DNA of 64,000 bases from Myxococcaceae bacterium (GTDB lineage: Bacteria > Myxococcota > Myxococcia > Myxococcales > Myxococcaceae), in assembly GCA_046351675.1 (NCBI GenBank), contig JAXLYB010000002.1:1-64000 (forward strand), in the 5' to 3' direction. Below are positions 55,970-64,000 of this stretch, in pieces. Position numbers and translations under genes: made by a program. Under the pieces are notes generated by a model. It was not told where the DNA came from. It made no database searches and saw nothing but the letters and a program-made list of their open reading frames with translations. The first letter of the stretch is position 1, and each line of letters starts with the position of its first letter.

Positions 55970-56979
55970 AGGCAGGTGGTCTGGCACATCTCGGAGCAAC
56001 ACTCCTCGGCCGCCCCGCACGTGACGCCACCCGCCTTGCACATCGGCACGTTCACGTTCACCGAGTTCAGGAAGAGCGCCCCCGAGAGCTGCACGGTCAC
56101 CGCGGTCGCGCTCATCGGCGGGTCCACCCCGAGGAAGTACGAGCTGTCGCCCGCGCGGAAACCGCTCGCGCCGCAGTTCGACAAGCCCATGCCGCCCTGG
56201 CGCAGCGTCGTGGTCGGGTTGGTGTTCGCCGCCGCCGGAGCGGGCATGCCGAGGCCGGTCGCGCTCACCTCGAGGAAATTGCACTGGCCGGGCTTCAAGA
56301 AGGTGCCCGCGTCGAGGAAGAGCGTCGCCTGCGCGGTGAAGGTCTGGACGCGGGTGCTGATGGTGAAGCCCTGGTTCGTCACGCCCGCGTACCAGCGGAA
56401 GGTGCCGAAGCGGCTCGTCTTCACCGCGGACGCGTCGCTCGCGGTCGGAGGCTGGTTGCAGCTCAAGTTGCCGAAGTATGCGAAGCCCGGGTCGGGCACC
56501 GCGACGTAGTCCATCGGGAGGTTGCAGAACACGTCGCCGCCGCCCGGCGGGTCGGGCTTGAGTGCCTGCAACGAGAGCTGGATGCAGTCGTTCACCTCGC
56601 CGCTGGTGAAGCCGCCGATGTTGAAGCGGTTGAACAAGCAGCCGGGCATGACGCCGCCGTCGCCCTGGCCAGCTCCTGCGAGGGGATCAGGCCCCGCGTC
56701 TGGTGCGCCGCCACCCGTCGCCATGCCGCCGCCCGTCGCCGTGCCGCCGCCCGTCGCCGTGCCGCCGCCCATCGCCGTGCCGCCGCCCATCGCCGTGCCG
56801 CCGCCCATCGCGGTGCCGCCACCCATCGCGGTGCCGCCACCCGTCGCGGTGCCGCCGCCCGCACCGCCGCCGACCTCGGTGCCGCCATCGCAGCGGCCGG
56901 TCTCGGCGCAGTAGTCGCGAAACGCGCCTGAGAAGTCGCAACCCGCGAGCACCAGCGCGAAGAGGAGCGCGCGCTTCAC
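55966..56979 (-). CDS. Lipoprotein with (GGGTAM)n hexapeptide repeats and Cys-rich C-terminus
   Basis: GTG start with GGAGGTG Shine-Dalgarno sequence. Lipobox LVLAGC. About 9 copies of an 18-bp repeat. Middle gene of a three-gene minus-strand operon. Confidence 0.65.
   Translation of the reverse strand: MKRALLFALVLAGCDFSGAFRDYCAETGRCDGGTEVGGGAGGGTATGGGTAMGGGTAMGGGTAMGGGTAMGGGTATGGGTATGGGMATGGGAPDAGPDPLAGAGQGDGGVMPGCLFNRFNIGGFTSGEVNDCIQLSLQALKPDPPGGGDVFCNLPMDYVAVPDPGFAYFGNLSCNQPPTASDASAVKTSRFGTFRWYAGVTNQGFTISTRVQTFTAQATLFLDAGTFLKPGQCNFLEVSATGLGMPAPAAANTNPTTTLRQGGMGLSNCGASGFRAGDSSYFLGVDPPMSATAVTVQLSGALFLNSVNVNVPMCKAGGVTCGAAEECCSEMCQTTCL
56703..56870 (-). repeat. 18-bp coding tandem repeat encoding GGGTA(M/T), about 9 copies
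   Basis: Plus-strand units gccgtgccgccgcccatc / gcggtgccgccacccgtc. Confidence 0.8.
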
Positions 56980-57063
56980 CACGCACCTCCCAGCGCGAGG
57001 CCGCGCGGCACAGGCGGAGATGGCGCCAACACAAACCGCGCCGACGCGAAAGACGAGGCGCTG
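56976..57063 (-). pseudogene. Duplicated 3'-end fragment of the paralog-B gene (encodes ...APSPPVPRGLALGGAW*)
   Basis: About 85 bp almost identical to the 3' end of gene 57065..57841 (caccacgcacctcccagcgcgag... present twice). The remnant's TGA overlaps the GTG start of the downstream lipoprotein gene. Confidence 0.5.
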
Positions 57064-57064
57064 A

Positions 57065-57841
57065 TCACCACGCACCTCCCAGCGCGAGCCCACCCGGCAC
57101 GGGCACCAGCCACGCGCTCGGCGCCTCGAGCGGAGACGGCGCCAACGCAAACCACAGCGCCCCGACCGCGAGCGCGACGGCGCCACCCGCGAGGAAGCCG
57201 ACACCGAGCCACTGGTCCCGCGGGCCGGTCTGCGCGGCGAGCATCGCGTCGGCGTACGAGAGCGCGTCGGGGCCGCGCCGCTGCAGCGAGGCGAGCGTGA
57301 GGTTGGCGCTGATGACGAAGCCGACGCCCACGCCCGCGAGGCCCACCCCGAGGCCCATGGGAATCAACGGTGCGAGCGAGCGGCTCGGGGGCGCCTGGCC
57401 GGCGATGGCCCACGACCACTCATCGAGCACGAGGAAGACCTGGCGTTCGGTCGACACGGTGCGCGACTTCGCCAGCCGCGCCTTGCCGTTCTGCGCGACG
57501 AGCACCTTCACCACCACCTGGTAGCCGTCGTCGAGCTTGGCGACCTCTCCGGTGATGAGCTCCTTCACGCCGATGGCGCCGGCCAGCTCGAGCAAGCACG
57601 CCTCGTCCTTGCAGCCCAGCAGCTCCTTCTGGCGCTCGAAGCCCATCACGGCCTCGAGGTCCTTCGGGGTGGCGACGCGCACGCCGCGCTCGAGCAGGCG
57701 CGTGGCGAGGTGCTCGCTGAAGAGCTGCGCCTTCTCGGCGGGCTGGCCGACCACGTTGAAGCGGCTCATGCCGAGCTTGAACTCGTCGCTCCCCGGCGCG
57801 GCCGCGATCAGGAACAGGAGGCTGGCAGCGAGGGCCGACAC
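57065..57841 (-). CDS. Secreted, C-terminally membrane-anchored protein. Paralog of 51035..51937.
   Basis: Signal peptide MSALAASLLFLIAAAP. Conserved core and C-terminal TM plus ...GLALGGAW tail. Confidence 0.6.
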   Translation of the reverse strand: MSALAASLLFLIAAAPGSDEFKLGMSRFNVVGQPAEKAQLFSEHLATRLLERGVRVATPKDLEAVMGFERQKELLGCKDEACLLELAGAIGVKELITGEVAKLDDGYQVVVKVLVAQNGKARLAKSRTVSTERQVFLVLDEWSWAIAGQAPPSRSLAPLIPMGLGVGLAGVGVGFVISANLTLASLQRRGPDALSYADAMLAAQTGPRDQWLGVGFLAGGAVALAVGALWFALAPSPLEAPSAWLVPVPGGLALGGAW

Positions 57842-57896
57842 GGGCGGGCTCTATACTCCTCGGCGCGCGCGCGGCGAGCGGAGTAAACGAGGGCGC

Positions 57897-59012
57897 GTGC
57901 GGCTGCTGTCCCTCACCTGCAAGCACTTCAGGAACCTCGAGCCGCTGACGCTCGAGCCGTCGGCGCGCGCGACCATCGCGGTGGGCCAGAACGGCCAGGG
58001 CAAGACCAACCTCCTCGAGGCGCTCTACTTCCTGGCGACGCTCAAGCCGCTGCGCGCCAACCGCCTCCAGGAACTGGTGCGCTTCGGCGAGCCCTCGGCG
58101 ACGGTGACCGGCCGCTTCCTGCTCTCGGGCGCCGAGCGGGAAATCAGCGTCGAGGTGATTCCCGGCGGGCGCACCGCGTTCGTCGACGGCAAGCGCGCGG
58201 CGTCGCTCGACGCGTACTTCGGCGGCGTGTCGGTGGTGGCCTTCACGCCCGATGACCTCTCGGTGGTGAAGGGCGGCCCCGACGGGCGCCGCGCGTTCCT
58301 CGACCGCAGCGTGTTCAACCTCGTGCCGGCGTACCTCGACGAGAACCGCGAGTACGGCCGCGCGCTCAAGAGCCGCAACCGCCTGCTGAAGGACCGCGCG
58401 CCGATGAGCCACCTGCAGGCGTGGGACGCGACGCTCGCGCGGCTCGGCGCCCGGCTGTGGGTGCGGCGGCGCGCGCTGCTGACGGCGCTGGGGGCTCGGG
58501 CGCAGGCGGCGTTCCAGCGCATCGGGCGCAGCCCGCTCGAGGCGAGCTTCGGCTACGAGCCGTCGCACCTGGGCGATGGGCTGCAGTTCAACATGGCCTC
58601 GGAACCGGAGCTCGCCGAGCGCATGCTCGCGCGCCTCGACGAGCGGCTGTCGCGCGACGTGGAGCGCGGCTTCACTTCCGTCGGGCCCCACGCCGACGAC
58701 CTCGACATCACGCTGGGTGAGAAGTCAGCGCGCGCGTACGCGAGCCAGGGCCAGAGCCGCGCGCTGGTGCTGGCGTGGAAGGTGGCGGAGATCGAGAACC
58801 TCGCGGCGCACAACGGCTTCCTGCCGCTCTTGCTGCTCGATGACGTGTCGAGCGAGCTCGACCCCGAGCGCAACGCGTTCTTGATGAACTATCTCGCCGA
58901 GTCGGGCGCGCAGACGCTGCTCACGACGACTGACGCCGAGCTGGTGCGCGCGGCGGCGGGCGGTGAGACGAAGTGGCTGCAGGTGAAGGGCGGCATCGTC
59001 ACCGCAGGCTGA
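57897..59012 (+). CDS. recF: DNA replication and repair protein RecF
   Basis: GTG start. Walker A (GQNGQGKTNLLEALYFL), signature motif and Walker B (LLLLDDVSSELD). Typical RecF length. Confidence 0.9.
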   Translation: MRLLSLTCKHFRNLEPLTLEPSARATIAVGQNGQGKTNLLEALYFLATLKPLRANRLQELVRFGEPSATVTGRFLLSGAEREISVEVIPGGRTAFVDGKRAASLDAYFGGVSVVAFTPDDLSVVKGGPDGRRAFLDRSVFNLVPAYLDENREYGRALKSRNRLLKDRAPMSHLQAWDATLARLGARLWVRRRALLTALGARAQAAFQRIGRSPLEASFGYEPSHLGDGLQFNMASEPELAERMLARLDERLSRDVERGFTSVGPHADDLDITLGEKSARAYASQGQSRALVLAWKVAEIENLAAHNGFLPLLLLDDVSSELDPERNAFLMNYLAESGAQTLLTTTDAELVRAAAGGETKWLQVKGGIVTAG

Positions 59013-59014
59013 GC

Positions 59015-59054
59015 CCCCTCTCCCCCCGAGGGGGAGAGGGTTGGGGTGAGGGGA
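59015..59054. repeat. REP-like palindromic element
   Basis: ccctctccccccgagggggagagggttggggtgagggga. It follows directly after the recF stop. Confidence 0.7.
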
Positions 59055-59132
59055 AGATCCAGCACGGCCGGCGGAGCGATGAATGCAGGTGGCAGTCGCT
59101 GATCAGCGTGGTCGCCAAGCCCGCTCCCTGCC

Positions 59133-59168
59133 CCCTCTCCCCCTGGGGAGAGGGTTGGGGTGAGGGGA
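59133..59168. repeat. REP-like palindromic element (same orientation as the one at 59015)
   Basis: ccctctccccctggggagagggttggggtgagggga. Confidence 0.7.
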
Positions 59169-59271
59169 AAGCCCAGCACGGCGCGCGCGGAGACCTCGGG
59201 ACCAACGATGTGCTGCTGACCGTTCGCCGCCGGCCTCACCTGTTACGCATGTTTCCGGCTGTACACGCGTC

Positions 59272-59307
59272 TCCCCTCACCCCGACCCTCTCCCCGCGGG
59301 GAGAGGG
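59272..59307. repeat. REP-like palindromic element (inverted). It overlaps the 3' end of gene 59277..60302.
   Basis: tcccctcaccccgaccctctccccgcggggagaggg. Confidence 0.7.
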
Positions 59308-60302
59308 GGTGCGTCTCGCCATGCTGCGAGGTCCTGCTCGGCCAGTTGCTGCCCGACCTCGCGCAACCGCTCCTCCGGCAGGTGCGCGAGCACGGTGCAC
59401 AGATCCTCTGCGCTGACGGGCTCGCGCGCACCGAGCGCGAGACACACGCGATCAATCTCACCCGAGGGAATGGTCAACGCGGCCTGCTCTCCCTCGATGC
59501 TGTAGTGGCCGCCCTGCCGTCGCCACGCGCCGACCGGCGTGCGCGACAGCCCCCGCAGCGTCGGGCTCTGCAGCAGCCGCACCAGCCGCACCACGTCATC
59601 CCCCTCGACCTCCACGTCGCCGAAGCGCGCGCTCGCGAGGGTGCTGCGCCGCCCCGAGCCGAGTGTGACCTCCGACCAGGGCCACCGGCGGCCGCGCGCG
59701 AAGAAGCCATCGGCATGCAGCGACCACGGCGAGCGCCCGCGGGCGCTGACCAGCGTGGCGACGATGATCAACAGCCCCACCACCCACGAGCTCGGGTGCC
59801 TCCCGGCGTCGTCGGAGAACGCGAGCATCGCCAGCACGTACGCCCCGATGGCGAGCCCGCCAAAGAGCGCCGAGACCTCTGCCGCGACGCGGCTCTGGCG
59901 AAATCGCGTCTCCGCGGGCCCGGGCGGAGTTCGGCTCTCGACGATGTCCTCCGCAGCACGGACCAGCGAGACCTCGAATCGCAACGTGCCGGAGACGCGA
60001 CGGGCCAACGCGGCGCGCACCGCCTCTCGTTCATGGCGCACCAGCGCACTCAACTCGCCCCCGCTTCCATCAGGCAACGCGTCGACCGCCGCGAGCGCCC
60101 GCTCGAGCTCCGGCCACGTGCGCGCCAGCTCGCGCAAGGTGCCCGGGTCGTCGAGCGACTGCACCTCTCGCTCCAGCGCCGCGCGCGCCGAGGCGAGCAG
60201 CGCCACCCCGTCTTCGAGCAACTCGACCTTGCCCTCGAGGCGCGTGCGGTCATCGGGCGAGATGGCGGCTGATTCCGCGCGGCGCAGGTGCTCGTGGCTC
60301 AT
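59277..60302 (-). CDS. Hypothetical membrane protein
   Basis: Internal Met start (MSHEHL). Coiled-coil N-terminus and two TM helices. The C-terminal roughly 13 aa are encoded by a REP element. Start overlaps the upstream stop (ATGA). Confidence 0.45.
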   Translation of the reverse strand: MSHEHLRRAESAAISPDDRTRLEGKVELLEDGVALLASARAALEREVQSLDDPGTLRELARTWPELERALAAVDALPDGSGGELSALVRHEREAVRAALARRVSGTLRFEVSLVRAAEDIVESRTPPGPAETRFRQSRVAAEVSALFGGLAIGAYVLAMLAFSDDAGRHPSSWVVGLLIIVATLVSARGRSPWSLHADGFFARGRRWPWSEVTLGSGRRSTLASARFGDVEVEGDDVVRLVRLLQSPTLRGLSRTPVGAWRRQGGHYSIEGEQAALTIPSGEIDRVCLALGAREPVSAEDLCTVLAHLPEERLREVGQQLAEQDLAAWRDAPPLPAGRGSG

Positions 60303-60730
60303 CGCTCGAACACCACACCCGCCACCGCCCGCGCCGACCACCCGGGCTCGCGCGCGCCCAGCTCATCGCACAGCACCTGCAGCCGCGCCGGCCCCGCGGG
60401 GTGCGCGGCCCAGTACGCATCGTGCGCGGTCTGCTCGCGCACCAGCTCCTCCCGCACCACGTCGAGCCGCTCGCGCCCGAGCCGCGCCACCGCGTTGCTG
60501 AGCTGCTGCCACCGCATCGCCTCGGCCATCGAGAACGCGCAGCCGCCGACCCAGTGCCCCTGCCGCAGGTCGTTCGAGTCCATCACCGCGCGGTGGGCCT
60601 GCGACCCACACCGGGCCAGGCACTCACACGGCCGAATCAGCGCAGCGCCGCTGCAGATCCTGCAGCCCCAGGTCCAGGCCCCGAGGTCCCACCGGGCGTC
60701 ACAGCCCACGCAGCGCATGCCGTCATTCAA
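60299..60730 (-). CDS. Small zinc-ribbon (CxxC-x13-CxxC) hypothetical protein
   Basis: CVGCDARWDLGAWTWGCRIC. Translationally coupled to the downstream gene. Confidence 0.35.
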   Translation of the reverse strand: MNDGMRCVGCDARWDLGAWTWGCRICSGAALIRPCECLARCGSQAHRAVMDSNDLRQGHWVGGCAFSMAEAMRWQQLSNAVARLGRERLDVVREELVREQTAHDAYWAAHPAGPARLQVLCDELGAREPGWSARAVAGVVFER

Positions 60731-60864
60731 CCGGCTGCGGCGGCCGGCGAACAGGGTCCGTTACACTTGCTGCGTGGGCCCCATCGCTCAACCCGACTGC
60801 GCCGTGACGGCCCGCTTCGGCATTCCTCCTCGTTGATCGCGACCTTCGGGTTAGCATCTCGCCC

Positions 60865-62112
60865 GTGGCGAACGTGACCCGCACCATTGGCCTGTCGCTC
60901 GGCGCTGACATCTGCTGGCCCGCCTGCTTCGAACACATCATGAAGCGGCTGGCCCTTCGCATTCCGTGGAAGGGCGACACCGTCGACTTTCACGTCGAGC
61001 GGGTGAGCATCGAGCCCTTCGACCTCGCGCAGCCCGTCAAATACGACGTGGTCATCGACCGGCTCACGCACTGGTACGACGTGACGCGCGAGTGGATCAA
61101 GAAGGGCGTGTTGATGAACGGGCTGTACGTGTTCAACAACCCCTGGTCGGTGCAGTCGATGGAGAAGCACACCTCGTACGCCGCGATGATGGCGCTGGGC
61201 ATGCCCATTCCCCAGACGTGGATGGTGCCGCCCAAGTCGTACGAGGCGCTGCCCGACCTGAAGCCCACGCTGCGCCAGTACGCGCAGCTCTTCGACCTCG
61301 CCGCGCTCGGCAAGAAGATCGGCTACCCGCTGTTCATGAAGCCGTACGACGGCGGCGGGTGGAAGGGCGTCACCCGCATCGCCGACGAGGCCGCGCTCAA
61401 GAAGGCCTACGACGAGTCGGGCACGCTGGTGATGCACCTCCAGAAGGCCGTCGACCCGTACGACCGCTTCGTGCGCTGCATCGGGTTCGGCCCGCAGACG
61501 CACTGCGTGTTCTACGACCCCGCGGCGCCGCTGCACGACCGCTACACGATGAAGAAGGAAAACGAGTTCCTCGCGACGAAAGACGCGCAGGTGCTCCGCG
61601 ACACGACGCTCACCATCAACGCCTTCTTCGGGTGGGACTTCAACTCGTGCGAGGCGCTGCGCTCGGCGAAGGACGGCGTGTGGTACCCCATCGACTTCGC
61701 CAACCCCTGCCCCGACTCGCAGGTCACCTCGCTGCACTACCACTTCCCCTGGCTGGTGAAGGCGTACCTCAAGTGGGCCATCTTCACCGCGACCACCAAG
61801 CGGCCGATGCGCAAGGCCTTCGACTGGGAACCGTTCTACGCCATCGCGAAGGAAGCGCTGCCGTACGACGAGAAGCTCAAGAAGTACGGCGCGCTGTCCC
61901 GCAAGATCCTGCAGGCCGACGAGTTCGAAGACTTCTGCGGCACGCACCTGAAGCACCTCGACGAGGTGGCGTGGGAATTCTTCGCCACCAACGACGCGAA
62001 GGACGCGATTCGCAAGAAGACCGCCGCGCTGTTCCCCGCGCACGAGGTCGAGCCGTTCACCGAGCTCTTCTTCAAGCGCATTCAGCAGTGGCGCGCTGAT
62101 CAGAAGGCCTGA
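60865..62112 (+). CDS. ATP-grasp superfamily enzyme (unknown substrate)
   Basis: GTG start. ATP-grasp core (KIGYPLFMKPYDGGGWKGVTRI ... GTLVMHLQKAV). Lower GC and rich in Lys/Tyr/Phe/Trp compared with neighbouring genes. Confidence 0.7.
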   Translation: MANVTRTIGLSLGADICWPACFEHIMKRLALRIPWKGDTVDFHVERVSIEPFDLAQPVKYDVVIDRLTHWYDVTREWIKKGVLMNGLYVFNNPWSVQSMEKHTSYAAMMALGMPIPQTWMVPPKSYEALPDLKPTLRQYAQLFDLAALGKKIGYPLFMKPYDGGGWKGVTRIADEAALKKAYDESGTLVMHLQKAVDPYDRFVRCIGFGPQTHCVFYDPAAPLHDRYTMKKENEFLATKDAQVLRDTTLTINAFFGWDFNSCEALRSAKDGVWYPIDFANPCPDSQVTSLHYHFPWLVKAYLKWAIFTATTKRPMRKAFDWEPFYAIAKEALPYDEKLKKYGALSRKILQADEFEDFCGTHLKHLDEVAWEFFATNDAKDAIRKKTAALFPAHEVEPFTELFFKRIQQWRADQKA

Positions 62113-62122
62113 GGAGAGCGAC

Positions 62123-62854
62123 GTGAAGACGACGGCGAAGTGGTACTCGCAGCGCCTGCAGCGAGACGTGTCGATGGTGCGCTGGGGCACGTACGGCGTG
62201 CCGGTGCTGTGCTTCCCCACCGCGGGCGGCGACTGCGAGGAGATCGAGCGCTTCTTGATGGTGAAGGTGCTCGGCCCGCTCATCGACGCGGGGCGCATCA
62301 AGCTCTACTCGTGCGACTCGGTCGCCGGCCAGGCGATGGTGCAGCGCGAGGGCAGCGGGCTCCACCGCCAGTGGGTGCTCAACCAGTTCCACCAGTACGT
62401 GCGACACGAGCTGGTGCCGGCGATTCGCAAGGACTGCCAGAACGAGAACATCGAGGTCATCTCGACCGGCGCGAGCATCGGCGCCTTCCACGCGGCGGCG
62501 GTCATCTGCCGTTTCCCCGACGTGTTCAGCAAGTGCATCGCGATGTCGGGCACCTTCGACATTCGCCGCTTCATGTCGGCTGATCACTTCGTCGACGAGT
62601 TCTGGGTCAGCTCGCCGCTGCACTTCGTGCCCACGCTGAGCGGGCCGCACCTCGAGAAGCTGCGCACGCGGTTCATCCTCATCCCGTCGGGCGAGGGCAA
62701 GGCCGAAGACATCAGCGAGTCGTGGAACCTCGCGCGCGTGCTCGGGAGCAAGGGCATCCCCAACCGCGTCGACTCGTGGGGCAAGCAGACGCCCCACGAC
62801 TGGATGACGTGGCGGGACATGCTGCCGAAGTACCTGAACGAGATGGTGCCGTAG
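62123..62854 (+). CDS. Esterase (alpha/beta hydrolase, esterase D/enterochelin-esterase-like)
   Basis: GASIGAF nucleophile elbow and the esterase family pattern. 11 bp downstream of the ATP-grasp gene. Confidence 0.75.
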   Translation: MKTTAKWYSQRLQRDVSMVRWGTYGVPVLCFPTAGGDCEEIERFLMVKVLGPLIDAGRIKLYSCDSVAGQAMVQREGSGLHRQWVLNQFHQYVRHELVPAIRKDCQNENIEVISTGASIGAFHAAAVICRFPDVFSKCIAMSGTFDIRRFMSADHFVDEFWVSSPLHFVPTLSGPHLEKLRTRFILIPSGEGKAEDISESWNLARVLGSKGIPNRVDSWGKQTPHDWMTWRDMLPKYLNEMVP

Positions 62855-62856
62855 GC

Positions 62857-63180
62857 TCAGTGTGCGTTCGTCTCGAGCGCGCGCAGCCGACGCTCGTGAT
62901 CATCGAGGCGCCCCTCGGTGTTCGAGCGCGCCTCGATCGCGACCTTGATTCCGCGGCTCACCATGACCATCTGTTCGGCGAGGTCACGCAGCGCCGTCTC
63001 GATCGCCTCGAACCGACGCTCGGCGAGCTCGCGTCCCTGACGCATCTCTTCCCGCAGCGCGTCCTGGCCAGACTTCATCTGGCGCATGTCGTCGCGCATC
63101 TCCTGGAGGATCTTCACGGTGAGGTCCGTCGGTTCCATGAGGACCACCCTACCAGCCGGGTCCGACATCACGCCAACCAC
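62857..63180 (-). CDS. Small coiled-coil hypothetical protein
   Basis: 107 aa, Glu/Arg-rich heptads. Confidence 0.4.
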   Translation of the reverse strand: MVGVMSDPAGRVVLMEPTDLTVKILQEMRDDMRQMKSGQDALREEMRQGRELAERRFEAIETALRDLAEQMVMVSRGIKVAIEARSNTEGRLDDHERRLRALETNAH

Positions 63181-63187
63181 CCCGGAG

Positions 63188-63685
63188 CTACAGCTTCATC
63201 GCGTGCGCCCGCAGGTGCATGCGCAGGTCCTGCTGCTTGCCCTTCACCCACATCGGCACCAGCAGCTCGAACATCGCCTGGTCGTACGACGTCGCCGCCG
63301 CGCCGAGCGTGGGCAGCGAGAAGGTGATGAGCCGCGCGCGCACCTTGGTGTTCGGCTCGAGCCGCGCCACCACGTCATCGGGGTGGATGGTGTGGGCGAT
63401 CTGATCAGGCCCCACGATGGTGACCTGCGACCACTGCACCTCGATGGGCTGGGTCGTGTAGTTGGTCAGCACCAGCAACACCGACTCGAAGTTCGCGGGG
63501 TCGACCAGCAGCTCCGCGCGGTACTCGGGCGTGTCGTACACGTCACGTTCCCCGGGCTTGGTCAGGTTGCGCGCCCCCGGGTCGGTGATGTCGAAGTTGT
63601 AATAGTACGACGCGGGCGTGCAGCCGCTGGCGAGCGCCAACGCGAGCGCCGCCGCCAGGACCGAAAACGAGACCGAGGTTCGCAT
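63188..63685 (-). CDS. Hypothetical lipoprotein
   Basis: Lipobox LALASGC. Confidence 0.5.
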   Translation of the reverse strand: MRTSVSFSVLAAALALALASGCTPASYYYNFDITDPGARNLTKPGERDVYDTPEYRAELLVDPANFESVLLVLTNYTTQPIEVQWSQVTIVGPDQIAHTIHPDDVVARLEPNTKVRARLITFSLPTLGAAATSYDQAMFELLVPMWVKGKQQDLRMHLRAHAMKL

Positions 63686-63735
63686 GGCGCCGCTTCTACA
63701 CTGTGCGATGCTTGGAGCACACGGCCGGGAGGGTC

Positions 63736-64000
63736 ATGGGTACCGAGACCACGCGGGCTCACAAGGAAATCGAGGTCGAGAAGAACGCGCGTTCGAGCCG
63801 GGCGTTCATCCGCGCCGTGCTCGCCGACCTGCGGGCGCTCGAGCGCATGCTCGAAGAGGGGCGCTTCGAGAAGAGCACCCACCGCATCGGCGCCGAGCAG
63901 GAGATGTTCCTCACCGACCCGAGCTACCTCCCGGCGCCCGGCGCGCTGCGGATGCTCGAGGCCCTCAAGGACCCGCACTTCACGACCGAGCTGGGCGCCT
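63736..64000 (+). CDS. Carboxylate-amine ligase / glutamate-cysteine ligase family 2-like protein (5' partial, runs off the window)
   Basis: The ORF is open to the window end. Motif RIGAEQEMFLTD resembles the GCS2 family N-terminal signature. Confidence 0.35.
   Translation, partial: MGTETTRAHKEIEVEKNARSSRAFIRAVLADLRALERMLEEGRFEKSTHRIGAEQEMFLTDPSYLPAPGALRMLEALKDPHFTTELGA

Noticed and set aside
52369-56509. ORFs 52369..54246 (-) and 54443..56509 (+)
   Set aside because: They are antisense to the large lipoprotein and alpha/beta hydrolase genes.
57845-57896. TATACT hexamer upstream of recF as a -10 element
   Set aside because: No convincing -35 partner at 17±1 bp. Left unannotated.

Overview
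This 64 kb window is very GC-rich (about 70%) and densely coding, with strong GC3 bias. Its signalling-rich, lipoprotein-rich gene content points to a myxobacterial-type chromosome (Myxococcota); the organism cannot be named from the sequence alone. I support about 50 protein genes and no rRNA, tRNA or CRISPR. Many long ORFs in the six-frame track are antisense shadows of real genes, the usual high-GC artefact, and are listed as rejected.

Main content, in order:
- A full-length major vault protein homolog (97-2292), normally a eukaryotic hallmark.
- A divergent DoxX/LysR pair, then a translationally coupled histone H1-like and ferritin-like pair, a flavin reductase-like gene and a secreted HExxH protease.
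- A large Ca-binding lipase-like lipoprotein and other small secreted proteins.
- An orphan histidine kinase, a fatty-acid hydroxylase/FkbM methyltransferase operon and a sigma-54 activator.
- A sigma-54 activator immediately followed by a czcCBA-type heavy-metal RND efflux operon (20598-26087).
- Two tandem atypical Ser/Thr kinases (26209-32099), one of them a PilZ-kinase fusion.
- Two convergent secreted-protein operons with 18-bp hexapeptide tandem repeats (32244-37033).
- Two more canonical Ser/Thr kinases, one of them coupled to an ECF sigma factor (45790-48782).
- A TPR/HExxH protein coupled to a giant coiled-coil membrane protein, divergent from a class III nucleotide cyclase.
- Two paralogous secreted-protein/lipoprotein cassettes (51035-54309 and 57841-54323), recF, and a lower-GC ATP-grasp/esterase/ligase-like cluster at the 3' end.

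Non-coding structure:
- An intergenic family of 18 REP-like 40-bp palindromic elements, often in inverted pairs. Some supply Shine-Dalgarno sequences to downstream genes and some have been captured into gene 3' ends.
- A conserved 39-bp stem-loop present twice, both times downstream of a gene.
- Four coding tandem-repeat arrays, a (CGACGA)n microsatellite, and a local 3'-end duplication that creates a coupled gene start.

The most unusual items are the bacterial vault protein homolog, the tandem lysine-less kinases, the 39-bp stem-loop and the duplicated lipoprotein cassettes.
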